Assembly: GCA_031260125.1 (NCBI GenBank)
Contig: JAIRKM010000035.1
Coordinates: 6,130-70,129, forward strand
DNA length: 64,000 nucleotides
Origin: Helicobacteraceae bacterium
GTDB lineage: Bacteria > Campylobacterota > Campylobacteria > Campylobacterales > SZUA-545
Reading direction: 5' to 3'
The position numbers and the translations under genes were made by a program. This document shows, piece after piece, positions 9,660-19,595 of the stretch. Every line of letters begins with the position of its first letter. Position 1 is the first letter of the stretch. The notes under the pieces are model-generated. The model was not told the origin of the DNA, ran no database searches, and worked only from the letters and a program-made list of their open reading frames with translations.

Positions 9660-10885
9660 ACAGCGAACAGCAGTTGACGGTGATTAAGCAGCTTGGAGAG
9701 GCTCTTGCTAAAGAGCGCGATCTAGGTCAGTTCCTAAAGACGCTTTCCGAATGCGCGAATATGCTCGCAAGCGCGGATCGCTGTTCCATCTTTGTGGTTG
9801 ACGATACGACTAGCACGCTCTGGTCGCAGTTGGCGGAGGGGATGAACGACGATGTTATCTGCATCAATGTCGGGCAGGGGATCGTAGGGCTGTGCGCCGA
9901 GCAGAAACAACCGATTATCGTTGATGATGCCAGTACGGATTCCAGATTTTTCAGCGGCATCGACCGCGCCACAGGCTATAAAACCAAAACGATCCTCTCC
10001 GTACCAATGTTTGACGCCGAACAGAAGGTGATCGGCGTTTTTCAGCTCCTCAATAAAAAAAACGGGCAGTTTACCAGCGACGACGTTCAGATGGTCTCTA
10101 TGCTCGCCGTTTATGCGGGCATCATGCTGGATAACGCGCTTCTGCACAACGCGATGCAAAAACGTTTCGACAACAAAAGCGAGGCGCTGATCGAGCGCAA
10201 CCTCGATCTGGAACGCGCCAACGCGGAGATCGTATCGCTTATCAGGGAGAAAGACGAGCTGGTACAGGCGGCGGCTAAAATAACCCAGAGGCTTGCCAAC
10301 GTCATTCTTGGCGAGCTTGACTGCCTCTACGAAAGCGACGCAAAGGCGGCAAAAAATCATATAAGACGAATGCGCGTAACCGCCAATCTGATCGGCAAAA
10401 TGTTTAGCAGCTACACGTACAGCCGTTCAAATCTGCCGCCGCGTGAGCGTTTGAATATATCGGAGATTCTGCGTACCTACGTCGCCGAATTCAGCGATGT
10501 CGCCAGCTTCAGCGCGCAGGTGATCAAAAGTATGGTCGATTCCGACGTGTATGGAAAATACAGAATCTGCGATCTCGACATTATCTTTCACAACATCCTT
10601 TTGAACGCCATCAAGTACGGTCCGGAGGGCGGCGTGATCGATGTCAAGCTGGAAAAACACCCTACAACCGCCATCTTGTCCGTTGCCGATTCGGGGCCGG
10701 GCATAGCCAACAAAGAGCGGATTTTCAGGGAAAATCACCGCGAAATTAAAGATATCGCCGGCTTTGGAAAGGGGCTGCAAGTCGTAAAGCTGATCTGTGT
10801 TGAAGAGCATATCAAAATTTCCGTATCCGACAACAAGCCATCCGGCTCAATATTTACGCTGGAGTTTTTCATCGATCAAGGCTGA
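9656..10885 (+). CDS. GAF-domain sensor with C-terminal histidine-kinase-type ATPase domain
   Basis: N-terminal GAF (CSIFVVDD...GIVGLCAEQKQPIIVDD); C-terminal N-box HNILLNAIKYG and G1 DSGPGI. No canonical HisKA H-box; possible HisKA_2-like NHIRRMRV. Confidence 0.7.
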   Translation: MNSEQQLTVIKQLGEALAKERDLGQFLKTLSECANMLASADRCSIFVVDDTTSTLWSQLAEGMNDDVICINVGQGIVGLCAEQKQPIIVDDASTDSRFFSGIDRATGYKTKTILSVPMFDAEQKVIGVFQLLNKKNGQFTSDDVQMVSMLAVYAGIMLDNALLHNAMQKRFDNKSEALIERNLDLERANAEIVSLIREKDELVQAAAKITQRLANVILGELDCLYESDAKAAKNHIRRMRVTANLIGKMFSSYTYSRSNLPPRERLNISEILRTYVAEFSDVASFSAQVIKSMVDSDVYGKYRICDLDIIFHNILLNAIKYGPEGGVIDVKLEKHPTTAILSVADSGPGIANKERIFRENHREIKDIAGFGKGLQVVKLICVEEHIKISVSDNKPSGSIFTLEFFIDQG

Positions 10886-12692
10886 GCGCTATTGCCTTGA
10901 GCGTTTTGTGCATCTCGCAGACCATCTGCTCGTAGAGCGCGGATATGTCCGATCGCTTGAGCGCCATGAGCGACTTTAACATCGCGTGCAGAAGATGCCA
11001 GAAACTTCCGCGGAGGATCAACTCCTCCGCCGACAAGCAAGGCTTAGAGACAGCGGAGTTTACCGCCTCAAAAAGTTCGGCGCGCGTTGCTGGAGCGCGG
11101 TTTTTAAGCCTGCCGATCATCTCGTCCGCTTGCTCCTCAAGCTTCAGGGCGTTTTTGGTTACGAACTCTCCACGACAAAAAGCGGCTTTTATGCCATCAA
11201 TTGCGCTCTTTTTGTCCGCGCCGCCGATCGTTACGCGCCGATCGGCTCTAAGCGGCTTCGCCCCTCTTATAAACGCCCCGTCCGAAAGGTTGAAAACCTC
11301 GCCGCCATATCCCTCAAGCGCCATCTCCATAACACCCCTGCTATGCGCCAAAAGCGGAGTCGTCCATATATCCGCGCTGAAGTTTCCCCGCGCCGGCATG
11401 GCATAACCGTCTGAGTCGCTATAGTCGTCGTAAAGGGAGTTGTCCGCGTGGCGTTTGGCGTTCCTTCTGAAACCGACATCCAACCCGCAAAGATATATGC
11501 GGCTAGAAAACTTCAGCGCAAGAGAGAGCGCGGCATTACCGACGACAGGAGAGGAAAAGCGCGCAATCTCACACCCATGGATCAGCGCCGCCGCCGCGCT
11601 CGAATCGCGTGCGAACACGAAGGCGCTTTGCGCGCTTCGTATCGTCTCCGGACTGACCACACAAGCGGCGATCAGCGGTATATCGCCCAGCGGCGCATCC
11701 CTAAGAACCGCGGAGAGAAACTCCATACGCTCGATCTCAATTTGAAAATCGGGGCGGATGCCGGCGCTTAAAAGCGGCTTGAGCGCCGTACCGCAGCTAA
11801 AGATGATCAGTCTGCCGCTCTCTTCGCGCAGAAAATCAAACGACTCGTCCAGCGAAGGGCCGCTGCCTACCACCGCGATTGGGAAATCCTGTCGCTTGGA
11901 ACCGCAAAGAAAGGGAAGATCGCGGTTTTTCAGCGTGTTTCTTACGCCGACGATCTCGTCTTCCGCCGTTCCCCATCCCCGCAGAAGACGGCTGTGCGCC
12001 GCGCCGATCGCGAGCTTCGCGTCTCTAGTGAGGGGATCGTCCGACAGGGTAAGCTCAAGGCGCAAAAAGGAGTTGGCGATCATATTCGCGGCGAAAAACC
12101 GCACGATCTCTCTCTCGTCCACTCTGCCCGAAACGATCAGCACAGACCTCTTTAGCAGCCGCTCGTAGTCCAGAAAATAACAGGAGACGATAAACCACTC
12201 CGGATCGCTCTCGTAGAGGATCGCGCCATTTTTCAGCCGTTCTTGAAGCATCTCTATAAACAGCCCGTTTTGCACGCCGTAGAAAACGACGACAGGAAGC
12301 GGCGATGTCGTATCGAAATGAACGCTCTCTTCCGTAAAGTCCCGATCTCTTCTTGCCATCTGAGTGATGGCGGCGATCCCTTCCGTGGTGTATGGGCTGT
12401 TTGGGTTATCTGCCGCCTCAAGGTTTGCGATGCGTACCGCCTGAAAGCTCTTCAGCGGATCGCTAGAGAGTGCCTGCGCGTGGGCAAGAAGCGAATCGTA
12501 CAGCAGACGATCGCCCTCTTTTACGTTGATTCCCTCCCCGCCGATGCAGATCAAAAGCCGCTTGTTGGGCTGCGCGAAAAAGCGTTCAAGCGGACTGCCC
12601 GCAAAAAAGCGCCTGTTTTGGGCAAAACGCTCCAGCGTGATTTTAAGCGCTTCTCTCGGCGTAGCATTCCAAAGCCGTTCAAATATGCCCAT
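10869..12692 (-). CDS. Motility accessory factor (Maf) family protein, DUF115/MptE-like; putative flagellin glycosylation
   Basis: 607 aa; central VVGSGPSLDE...IFSCGTA (DUF115-like); size and adjacency to flgE typical of Campylobacter/Helicobacter maf genes. Confidence 0.6.
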   Translation of the reverse strand: MGIFERLWNATPREALKITLERFAQNRRFFAGSPLERFFAQPNKRLLICIGGEGINVKEGDRLLYDSLLAHAQALSSDPLKSFQAVRIANLEAADNPNSPYTTEGIAAITQMARRDRDFTEESVHFDTTSPLPVVVFYGVQNGLFIEMLQERLKNGAILYESDPEWFIVSCYFLDYERLLKRSVLIVSGRVDEREIVRFFAANMIANSFLRLELTLSDDPLTRDAKLAIGAAHSRLLRGWGTAEDEIVGVRNTLKNRDLPFLCGSKRQDFPIAVVGSGPSLDESFDFLREESGRLIIFSCGTALKPLLSAGIRPDFQIEIERMEFLSAVLRDAPLGDIPLIAACVVSPETIRSAQSAFVFARDSSAAAALIHGCEIARFSSPVVGNAALSLALKFSSRIYLCGLDVGFRRNAKRHADNSLYDDYSDSDGYAMPARGNFSADIWTTPLLAHSRGVMEMALEGYGGEVFNLSDGAFIRGAKPLRADRRVTIGGADKKSAIDGIKAAFCRGEFVTKNALKLEEQADEMIGRLKNRAPATRAELFEAVNSAVSKPCLSAEELILRGSFWHLLHAMLKSLMALKRSDISALYEQMVCEMHKTLKAIALSLDR

Positions 12693-12724
12693 CAGCGCCT
12701 CCCGCCTCCAAAAGGCGGGTCAAC

Positions 12725-15364
12725 CTACTGCTTGAGTTGAAGCAGCGTGTTGAGCAGTTGATCGCTGGTGGTGATCGTCTTGGAGCTTGCCTGATAACCG
12801 CGCTGAATAATGATCAGGTTGGTCAGCGCCTTCGAGAGATCGACATTGCTCATCTCAAGCGTCGATGGCGCGATCTCCCCTCTGTTTGCCGTACCTGCCA
12901 TGCCAATTGTGGCGCCGCCGGAGTTTGGCGCTTCCGAGTACAAATTGCCGCCTAGCGCCTTTAGCCCTTCATTATTGACAAACGTCGCGATTGCCACCTG
13001 ACCGAGATTGAATTGCTTGCCATTGCTAAACTCGCCGATAATCATGCCCGTCTGATCGACGCTCGTTTCCTGCAAAAACCCGCCTGCATAGCCGTCCGCG
13101 CCCGTGCCGTTGCGTACGGCGCTTGTCTCCGCAAAGCTAGTAAGTCCGGAGAACGATCCGCCAAGCCCAAAATCCAACCGCAAAATCTGTCCGCTTGCCG
13201 ATCCTGTGTTGGGATTGAAGACAACCGATGGAGGCGAAGAGGATTGAACGCTTCCGTCTAAATTGAAGCGTATCTCGCCGAAAGTGGGAAATTCAAATGT
13301 CGTCGGTTCCGCCGCGTCCACATACCACTGCCAAACAGTCGGATCGTTGTTGTTGTAGCTTGTGGAAGTCTTGCGGAAGTTAAACGTAAGCTGATGTTTC
13401 GCGCCGCTGCTGTCGTAGACCTCAACCCCCGCTCTGAAGGTAGCGGCGTTAAGCGTGCCGCTCATGCTGTTGCTCCCGGGCGATATGGGCGCGCCCATCG
13501 CCATCGCTTTGGTAAATAGAGTGTTGCCCGCGTTCATGCCGATCTGCTCCTCGCCCAGACTCGGAGAGGCGTTGTAGCCCGTAACGCTGAGATCAAACGA
13601 TTCGCCCTTGTTGTTTCTGATTTCGATCTGCCCGTACTCGTTCACAATCACCGTCGAATCGATCGGAATAATGAAATTCAGCGGATCGCCCGCGTCGTCA
13701 AGCGCGTCCTGATAGAGATTTACCAGCTCTTGCACGTTGGTAAAGTAGTAAACGTCATTTTTCTTAAACTGTCCGGAAGCGCTGGCCACGCCATCGGCTC
13801 CGCCTAGCGGCGTAAATATGTCCTGCAATCTCCCCTGCGAAGAGCCCGCCGCCGGAGTGCCGCCGCCAGCCAAACCAACCGCCGCCGAGCCAATGACGCC
13901 AAAGCTATCGCTGATCTGTCCGTTGTCCGCGTCCCATACGATCCGAGAGGTGCCGCCGTGTGTTTCGATCGTGTTGTTAACCTGCTCAATAAGCCCTTCG
14001 ATCGTCTGAAAGGTATTGACGCCCGTTTGCCCGTAGGTCAGCGTCAGCGGCGCGATCACAGAGCCGGTGGCGACTGGATTGAAGGTAAACGTAACCGTGT
14101 CGCCCACGTTGAGAAACGCCTGCTCTCCCGCGCTGTTGAGCGTCCAGTGCAGCCCCTGATCGCTGTCCGCCTTAGTAATGTCGAGCGTACTTTGGAAGTT
14201 GTTGTTTATATAGTCGTTGATACTCTCCTGACTTGAATCGCGGTAAACAAACTTTCTCGTTTCGCCCAGATTGCCGATCTCTATCGCCAAGCCTTCGCCC
14301 GCCTTCAGCAAAAACGCGTTGCCCTCGTCGTTGAACATCTCGCCCAAATCGTCCGCGCCTATAAAGGCATTTACGTTTGTCTTAAAGGTTTTGGACATAA
14401 ACGTGCCGTAGGTTACCGGCTCTAACAGCTCACAAAGAAGCGAGCTTGTACTCATGCTCTCATACACGGCGGTGATGTGCTGGGCGGCGGCGATTTGCCC
14501 GTCGCCTGTGAGAAGCACCTTGTTGTCATAGACGCCCGTAGAATCTTTGATACGGCTGTTGATCTCGTCGAGCAGGTCCTGCATCGTTATGAAATATCCG
14601 TCAGTTTTGGTAGAGCCAACGCCGTAGGTAAACGTATATGTGGCGGAGGACTGCGTCAGCGTGCCGCCCACGTCAAAAGTTCGTGTCAGTTCCAGCGTAA
14701 GGAGGTCGTTGTTCCTTTTCAGACCCAGCGGCTCGCCATCATAGCTGTAGAGTGATCCCACATCGTCGCTGAGGTTGATCGTGCTTTGTGAGGGAGAGCG
14801 CTCGGAGCTACCCAGTGTGCTGCCCGCATTCAGATTCGCGCACACCCTGATATTCGCCGATGGTTTAGCCGGAACGGTCATCGCCGGATCGATCAGGATA
14901 TTTTCGATGCCCATTGAGCTATCAACGTTAAACTGCTCGTCCGCGATCCAGCCTTGCACGATCAGGCCGTTTGGATTGACGAGGTTGCCGTTTGCGTCAA
15001 AGGTAAAGTTTCCAGCCCGCGTATAGCTGTAAGTTTTGCCGCCATCGGCGCTGACGATAAAAAATCCTTCGCCGTTGATCGCCATATCGGTGTTTTTGTC
15101 CGTCGCCTGCGTTGCGCCTTGTAAATGGATGCGCTGAACATTGGCGACGCCTACGCCGCTACCAATCTGAAGGGCGTTGCGCCCGCCCAACTGCCCCTGC
15201 GAAGCTGTCGATGGCTTCAGTGTCTGAAGCAGCGTATCCTGAAAGTTGGTGCGCGAATACTTAAACCCGTACGTATTCACGTTCGCAATGTTGTTGCCTT
15301 CAACGTCCATAGCGACCTGATGGGAGATCAGCCCGCTGACGCCGCTGAAAAGAGAACGCATCAT
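12725..15364 (-). CDS. flgE: Flagellar hook protein FlgE (large epsilonproteobacterial form)
   Basis: N-terminus MMRSLFSGVSGLISHQVAMDVEGNNIANVNTYGFK and C-terminus LTNLIIIQRGYQASSKTITTSDQLLNTLLQLKQ; 879 aa with large central insertion. Confidence 0.95.
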   Translation of the reverse strand: MMRSLFSGVSGLISHQVAMDVEGNNIANVNTYGFKYSRTNFQDTLLQTLKPSTASQGQLGGRNALQIGSGVGVANVQRIHLQGATQATDKNTDMAINGEGFFIVSADGGKTYSYTRAGNFTFDANGNLVNPNGLIVQGWIADEQFNVDSSMGIENILIDPAMTVPAKPSANIRVCANLNAGSTLGSSERSPSQSTINLSDDVGSLYSYDGEPLGLKRNNDLLTLELTRTFDVGGTLTQSSATYTFTYGVGSTKTDGYFITMQDLLDEINSRIKDSTGVYDNKVLLTGDGQIAAAQHITAVYESMSTSSLLCELLEPVTYGTFMSKTFKTNVNAFIGADDLGEMFNDEGNAFLLKAGEGLAIEIGNLGETRKFVYRDSSQESINDYINNNFQSTLDITKADSDQGLHWTLNSAGEQAFLNVGDTVTFTFNPVATGSVIAPLTLTYGQTGVNTFQTIEGLIEQVNNTIETHGGTSRIVWDADNGQISDSFGVIGSAAVGLAGGGTPAAGSSQGRLQDIFTPLGGADGVASASGQFKKNDVYYFTNVQELVNLYQDALDDAGDPLNFIIPIDSTVIVNEYGQIEIRNNKGESFDLSVTGYNASPSLGEEQIGMNAGNTLFTKAMAMGAPISPGSNSMSGTLNAATFRAGVEVYDSSGAKHQLTFNFRKTSTSYNNNDPTVWQWYVDAAEPTTFEFPTFGEIRFNLDGSVQSSSPPSVVFNPNTGSASGQILRLDFGLGGSFSGLTSFAETSAVRNGTGADGYAGGFLQETSVDQTGMIIGEFSNGKQFNLGQVAIATFVNNEGLKALGGNLYSEAPNSGGATIGMAGTANRGEIAPSTLEMSNVDLSKALTNLIIIQRGYQASSKTITTSDQLLNTLLQLKQ

Positions 15365-15400
15365 TTAGAGATCCTTAAATGGTTTTTGCTGCGCATTTAC

Positions 15401-15417
15401 AAGCAAGGATTATTCCG
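15401..15417 (-). promoter_or_regulatory. Sigma54 (RpoN) -24/-12 promoter for flgE
   Basis: Minus-strand reading CGGAATAATCCTTGCTT (GG-N10-GC; compare Campylobacter TTGGAAC-N5-TTGCTT), about 35 nt upstream of the flgE ATG, followed by SD AAGGAT. Confidence 0.6.
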
Positions 15418-15521
15418 AAACGGGCTGATTTTCACGTAATTTCGGGAGGTTTCCGCGAAATATGGCGGGAGCAATTAAAAAACCAGCGGGGCAGATCCAA
15501 TCTGAAGAAAAACCCGTCTAT

Positions 15522-16415
15522 TCAAGCGCCGCCGTTTGTCGTCTTCGGCTTGAAAAACAAAGCGCGGTTTAGTATATAAACGGAGGAGATCGCAAGCGCG
15601 ATTCCCGCTAATTCGGCAAAACTCAGCCGCTCTCCCAGCATTACCGAGCTTGAGACGACCGCGCTTGCGGGCGTTACAAACATAAAAACGCTCGCCTTTT
15701 CCGCGCCAAGGCGTTTAGAGCCCGCAAAAAACAGCGTGGAGGCAAACGCCGTGCTGACGACGCCGACAAAGACAGCCGCGCCCCAAAACCTAGCGTCGGT
15801 ACGGCTTAAATCAAACTCGCGAAAATCGACGAAAAACGCCGCGACGATCGAAGCGAAAAGATATAGATAAAATGAAAAGATCATCGTATTCACCCGCGAC
15901 AAAGCGCTTAAAATCGTAACGAGAGACCATAAAAGCGCGGCAGTGATAAATATGGCATTGTACTGTGAAAAAATCTCGTCCGCCTTAAACTCCAAGAGGT
16001 TTAGCATCATCATCGCGCCGCCAAAACCCAGCGCAAGCGCGGCGGCGTCAAGCGGCATGACCGCGCGCCGAAAAAGTGCAAAAGTCAAAATGAAGGTGAT
16101 GATCGGCGAAACCGCGTTGATAAACGCGCCGCCAAGCCCCGCCGCGCCAATTTCCACCCCCAAAAACACAAGGTAACCAAAGACGAGCGAGAGCAGCGCG
16201 GAGGCAAGCGCGATCAGCAGACTGAAGCGATCGATAACCGGCTTGCGCGCCGAAACGATCAAGATCGCGCCCATTGCGAGCGCTGTGAGCAGATAGCGCA
16301 CAAACACAAGCTCCGCCGCGCTCATATATTCGATCATCGTCTTATTGCAGGGCCACGACGCGCCCCAGGCGATCATCGCGGCGAAGATCGCAAGCATAAA
16401 CAGCCCCTTGTTCAA
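15522..16415 (-). CDS. DMT-superfamily (EamA-like) transporter
   Basis: 297 aa, about 10 predicted TM helices, two EamA-like halves. Confidence 0.75.
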   Translation of the reverse strand: MNKGLFMLAIFAAMIAWGASWPCNKTMIEYMSAAELVFVRYLLTALAMGAILIVSARKPVIDRFSLLIALASALLSLVFGYLVFLGVEIGAAGLGGAFINAVSPIITFILTFALFRRAVMPLDAAALALGFGGAMMMLNLLEFKADEIFSQYNAIFITAALLWSLVTILSALSRVNTMIFSFYLYLFASIVAAFFVDFREFDLSRTDARFWGAAVFVGVVSTAFASTLFFAGSKRLGAEKASVFMFVTPASAVVSSSVMLGERLSFAELAGIALAISSVYILNRALFFKPKTTNGGA

Positions 16416-16531
16416 ACTCTACCTTATTTATCGACAATATAAAGAATTATACGCGTGCGCCGCTTTCGCGCCTCATAGCAAGAGGTGTTGGCGCAAAGAG
16501 GGCGCGCCGCCCTTCCGATCGGCTGCTCCGG

Positions 16532-17158
16532 CTATTGATAGATATGCCCAAGTATCTCCCGCAGGTCTTTTTTCTCCACGATCACGTTAGCCTCGCGCCT
16601 GAGCGCCTCTTTCGCGCAAAACGCCACTCTAACAGCGGCATACCTGAACATCGATCGGTCGTTCGCCCCGTCTCCCACCGCGATCGTCTCTTCCTCAGAG
16701 ACGCCTAGAAGCCGCTGCAAACGCCCAAGCATATCCCCTTTGGAGTCGCCTTGCATCATCTCTCCCCCGACCAGACCGGTCAGGAATCCATCTTTGTGGT
16801 GCAGAAAGTTGGCAAACGCCGCATCCGTCCCCAGTCTCTCCGACGCAAAGTCAACCGCCTCTTTGAATCCGCCGGAGAAGATCACCACAATCACGCCGCG
16901 CCGCTTCATCTCGCCTACCGTTTCCGCCGCGCCGCTCATCAGCGGAAGACCTTCGCAAACCTCTTTCATCAGCGCGTAAGGCATGCCTTTAAGCAGCGCG
17001 GCGCGCCGATTTAACGCCTCAAAAAAATCAAGATTGCCGCTCATCGCCTCTTTTGTGATCGCCGACACCTCGCCCGCCTTGCCGTACGCCTCCGCCAAAA
17101 GGTCGATCGTCTCACCGTCCATCAGGGTTGAATCAAAGTCAAAAGCACACAGTTTCAT
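16532..17158 (-). CDS. serB: Phosphoserine phosphatase SerB (HAD family)
   Basis: MKLCAFDFDSTL (DxDST), conserved K and GDGANDRSMF motifs. Start set at the ATG at 17158 (SD AGGAG); the track ORF start at 17386 is a spurious 76-aa extension. Confidence 0.85.
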   Translation of the reverse strand: MKLCAFDFDSTLMDGETIDLLAEAYGKAGEVSAITKEAMSGNLDFFEALNRRAALLKGMPYALMKEVCEGLPLMSGAAETVGEMKRRGVIVVIFSGGFKEAVDFASERLGTDAAFANFLHHKDGFLTGLVGGEMMQGDSKGDMLGRLQRLLGVSEEETIAVGDGANDRSMFRYAAVRVAFCAKEALRREANVIVEKKDLREILGHIYQ

Positions 17159-17234
17159 AGCCGCTCCTAAATGCGCTATCCTACCAAAAAGCGATAGATA
17201 GTAAAATTTTCCGATACGTTTATGGGAGGGAGCA

Positions 17235-18173
17235 ATGACCAAAAAATACCGATTGATAACAAGAAGCGATTTTGACGGATTGGTATGCGCGATACTGCTA
17301 CGGGAACTCGATATTATTGATGAGATTAAATTTGTGCATCCTAAGGATATGCAAGACGGTTTGATCGAAATAACATCAAGCGACATTACTACAAACCTCC
17401 CTTATGTCGAGGGAGTTTATCTAGCCTTTGATCACCACGAAAGCGAAGCGCTACGCAATAAGGTGCGGGCAAAGAATCACATAAACGATCCGGGTGCTTT
17501 ATCGGCGGCGCACGTCGTGTATGAATACTACGGCGGCAGGACGAAATTCACCGGTATCAGCGAGGAGATGATGCGCGCCATCGATAAAGCGGACAGCGGG
17601 CACTTTTCGCTAGAAGAGATTCTGCGCCCGCAAGGATGGGTGCTGCTGAACTATCTGATGGACGCGCGGACGGGTCTTGGACGCTTCAAGGAGTTTAGAA
17701 TCTCCAATTATCAGCTTATGATGGATCTGATCGCGTACTGCCGCACGGAGACGATCGACAAAATTTTGGAACTGCCGGACGTGAAGGAGCGCAGCGCACT
17801 CTACTTTGCCCACGAGGAGCAGTTCAAGGAGCAGATCGGGCGGTGCAGCAAGGTCTATGGCAAACTGGTGGTTTTAGATCTGCGAAACGAAGAGACCATA
17901 TACGCGGGCAACCGCTTTATGATCTACGCGCTCTATCCGCAATGCAACATATCGATCCACGTCCTGTGGGGCTTTCAAAGAAAAAACATCGCCCTTGCTA
18001 CTGGCAAGTCGATCATCAACAGAACGAGCAAAATCAACATTGGCGAATTGATGCTTGACTTCGGTGGTGGCGGACATAACATGGCTGGCACCTGCCAAGT
18101 CCCCGTTGACGCGGCGGACGAGACACTCGCGAAACTGATCAAACAGATCAGCAAAGAGGCTGATTTTGTTTAG
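17235..18173 (+). CDS. DHH/DHHA1 phosphoesterase (NrnA-like nanoRNase/pAp phosphatase)
   Basis: DHH-family motifs DFDGLVCA and AFDHHE; DHHA1 GGGGH motif (DFGGGGHNMAG); 312 aa. Confidence 0.7.
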   Translation: MTKKYRLITRSDFDGLVCAILLRELDIIDEIKFVHPKDMQDGLIEITSSDITTNLPYVEGVYLAFDHHESEALRNKVRAKNHINDPGALSAAHVVYEYYGGRTKFTGISEEMMRAIDKADSGHFSLEEILRPQGWVLLNYLMDARTGLGRFKEFRISNYQLMMDLIAYCRTETIDKILELPDVKERSALYFAHEEQFKEQIGRCSKVYGKLVVLDLRNEETIYAGNRFMIYALYPQCNISIHVLWGFQRKNIALATGKSIINRTSKINIGELMLDFGGGGHNMAGTCQVPVDAADETLAKLIKQISKEADFV

Positions 18174-19080
18174 CGCTCTGATAGAGAATCTTCACAACGG
18201 CAGTTGGCTGACGCTGGAGGTTTCGCCAGAAAAAAGCGCCGCTTTTGAGACGGTGATACAACGGCTGAGATCGCTACGCCTGTGGGAGAAGGTCGATGGC
18301 TTTACCGTTACGGACAATCCGCTCGCAAAGCTGCGTTACGGTTCACTTTTTGCCGCGATCCGCCTGCAGGAGGCTTTTGGCAAACCGGTGCTGGCGACGA
18401 TCTCCATGCGAGATCGCAACCTGCTGGGCATACAATCAGACCTGCTTGGCTGCAACGAAGCGGGCATTCGCGCTATTTTGGCGGTAACGGGCGACCCGGC
18501 GCATCTCTCCGATCAACCGCGCGTAAAGGGAGTTTTTGACGCGAACAGCATGGAACTTCTAAAAATAACGCGCCACTTTAATAGGGGAATCGATTACGCG
18601 GGTAAGGAGATAGATCCGGCTCCGAAGCCAATTTTCCCCTTTGCCGTTACAAGCGCAAAAATTACGCAGAGCCTCAAGAGAAAGATGGCGGGAAAGATCG
18701 AAAACGGGGCGATCGGACTGATCAGCCAGCCCATCTTTTCGATCGAGGATGCGGATCGGCTTTTGGAGGTTTTTGACGAGGCGCAATCGGAGTTTTCCGA
18801 CGAACGCAGAGACGCGAGGCTGATCTTTGGCATATTTCCTCTGACTAGGCTCAAAACAGCGCAGTTTTTGCACGCTCACGTTCCGGGCATTACAATACCA
18901 GATCGATTTCTTTCGGCGCTTTACGAAGCAAATAAGGTCTCTGAAGAGAGAGAGTACGCGGTTGGCTTTGAGATGAGCTTTGAGATTTTCAAAATGCTTA
19001 GGCGGCGCAAGCTACCGATTCATATAATGAGCTCGAATCGATTTGAAACTGTGAACAAAATGATCTGCTCCAAGGAATAA
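18166..19080 (+). CDS. Methylenetetrahydrofolate reductase-like protein
   Basis: 304 aa; TIM-barrel MTHFR-like segments (LATISMRDRN...ILAVTGDP); 8-nt overlap with upstream gene. Confidence 0.6.
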   Translation: MFSALIENLHNGSWLTLEVSPEKSAAFETVIQRLRSLRLWEKVDGFTVTDNPLAKLRYGSLFAAIRLQEAFGKPVLATISMRDRNLLGIQSDLLGCNEAGIRAILAVTGDPAHLSDQPRVKGVFDANSMELLKITRHFNRGIDYAGKEIDPAPKPIFPFAVTSAKITQSLKRKMAGKIENGAIGLISQPIFSIEDADRLLEVFDEAQSEFSDERRDARLIFGIFPLTRLKTAQFLHAHVPGITIPDRFLSALYEANKVSEEREYAVGFEMSFEIFKMLRRRKLPIHIMSSNRFETVNKMICSKE

Positions 19081-19085
19081 AATAT

Positions 19086-19595
19086 ATGGCAAAAGTCGGG
19101 ATTTTTTACGGCAGTACGTCCGGTAATACGGCGAACATCGCGGAGGCGATCGGGACTCTTTTAAGCGCGAAACATGACGTTACGCTAAAAAACATCGCCT
19201 CTGCCGATCTGGAAGAGGTTATGAGCTTCAACAACCTTCTCTTCGGCTGTTCCACGTGGGGAGAAGGCGGTCTGCAAACCGCGTGGCGCGAGCCTTACTC
19301 CGAGATGCAAGGCGCCGATTTCACCGCTAAAACAGTCGCGCTTTTCGGCGCGGGGGACAGCCAGAAGCACAGCGAGAGCTTTGCCGGCGCGCTTGGAATC
19401 CTCTACGCTTTGGTCAGTAAAAACGGGGCGAAAGTCGTGGGATTTACCGACAGCGGCGACTATAACTTCACATCATCTCAAGCGGCGAAAAACGGCAAAT
19501 TTGTAGGACTCGCCTTGGACGAAACCAACGAAGCGCACAAGACAAAGGCGCGGATTGAGGCGTGGGTAAAGGCGATTGAGGGAAGCTTTACTTAG
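19086..19595 (+). CDS. fldA: Long-chain flavodoxin
   Basis: MAKVGIFYGSTSGNTANIAEAI FMN-binding N-terminus; 169 aa. Confidence 0.9.
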   Translation: MAKVGIFYGSTSGNTANIAEAIGTLLSAKHDVTLKNIASADLEEVMSFNNLLFGCSTWGEGGLQTAWREPYSEMQGADFTAKTVALFGAGDSQKHSESFAGALGILYALVSKNGAKVVGFTDSGDYNFTSSQAAKNGKFVGLALDETNEAHKTKARIEAWVKAIEGSFT

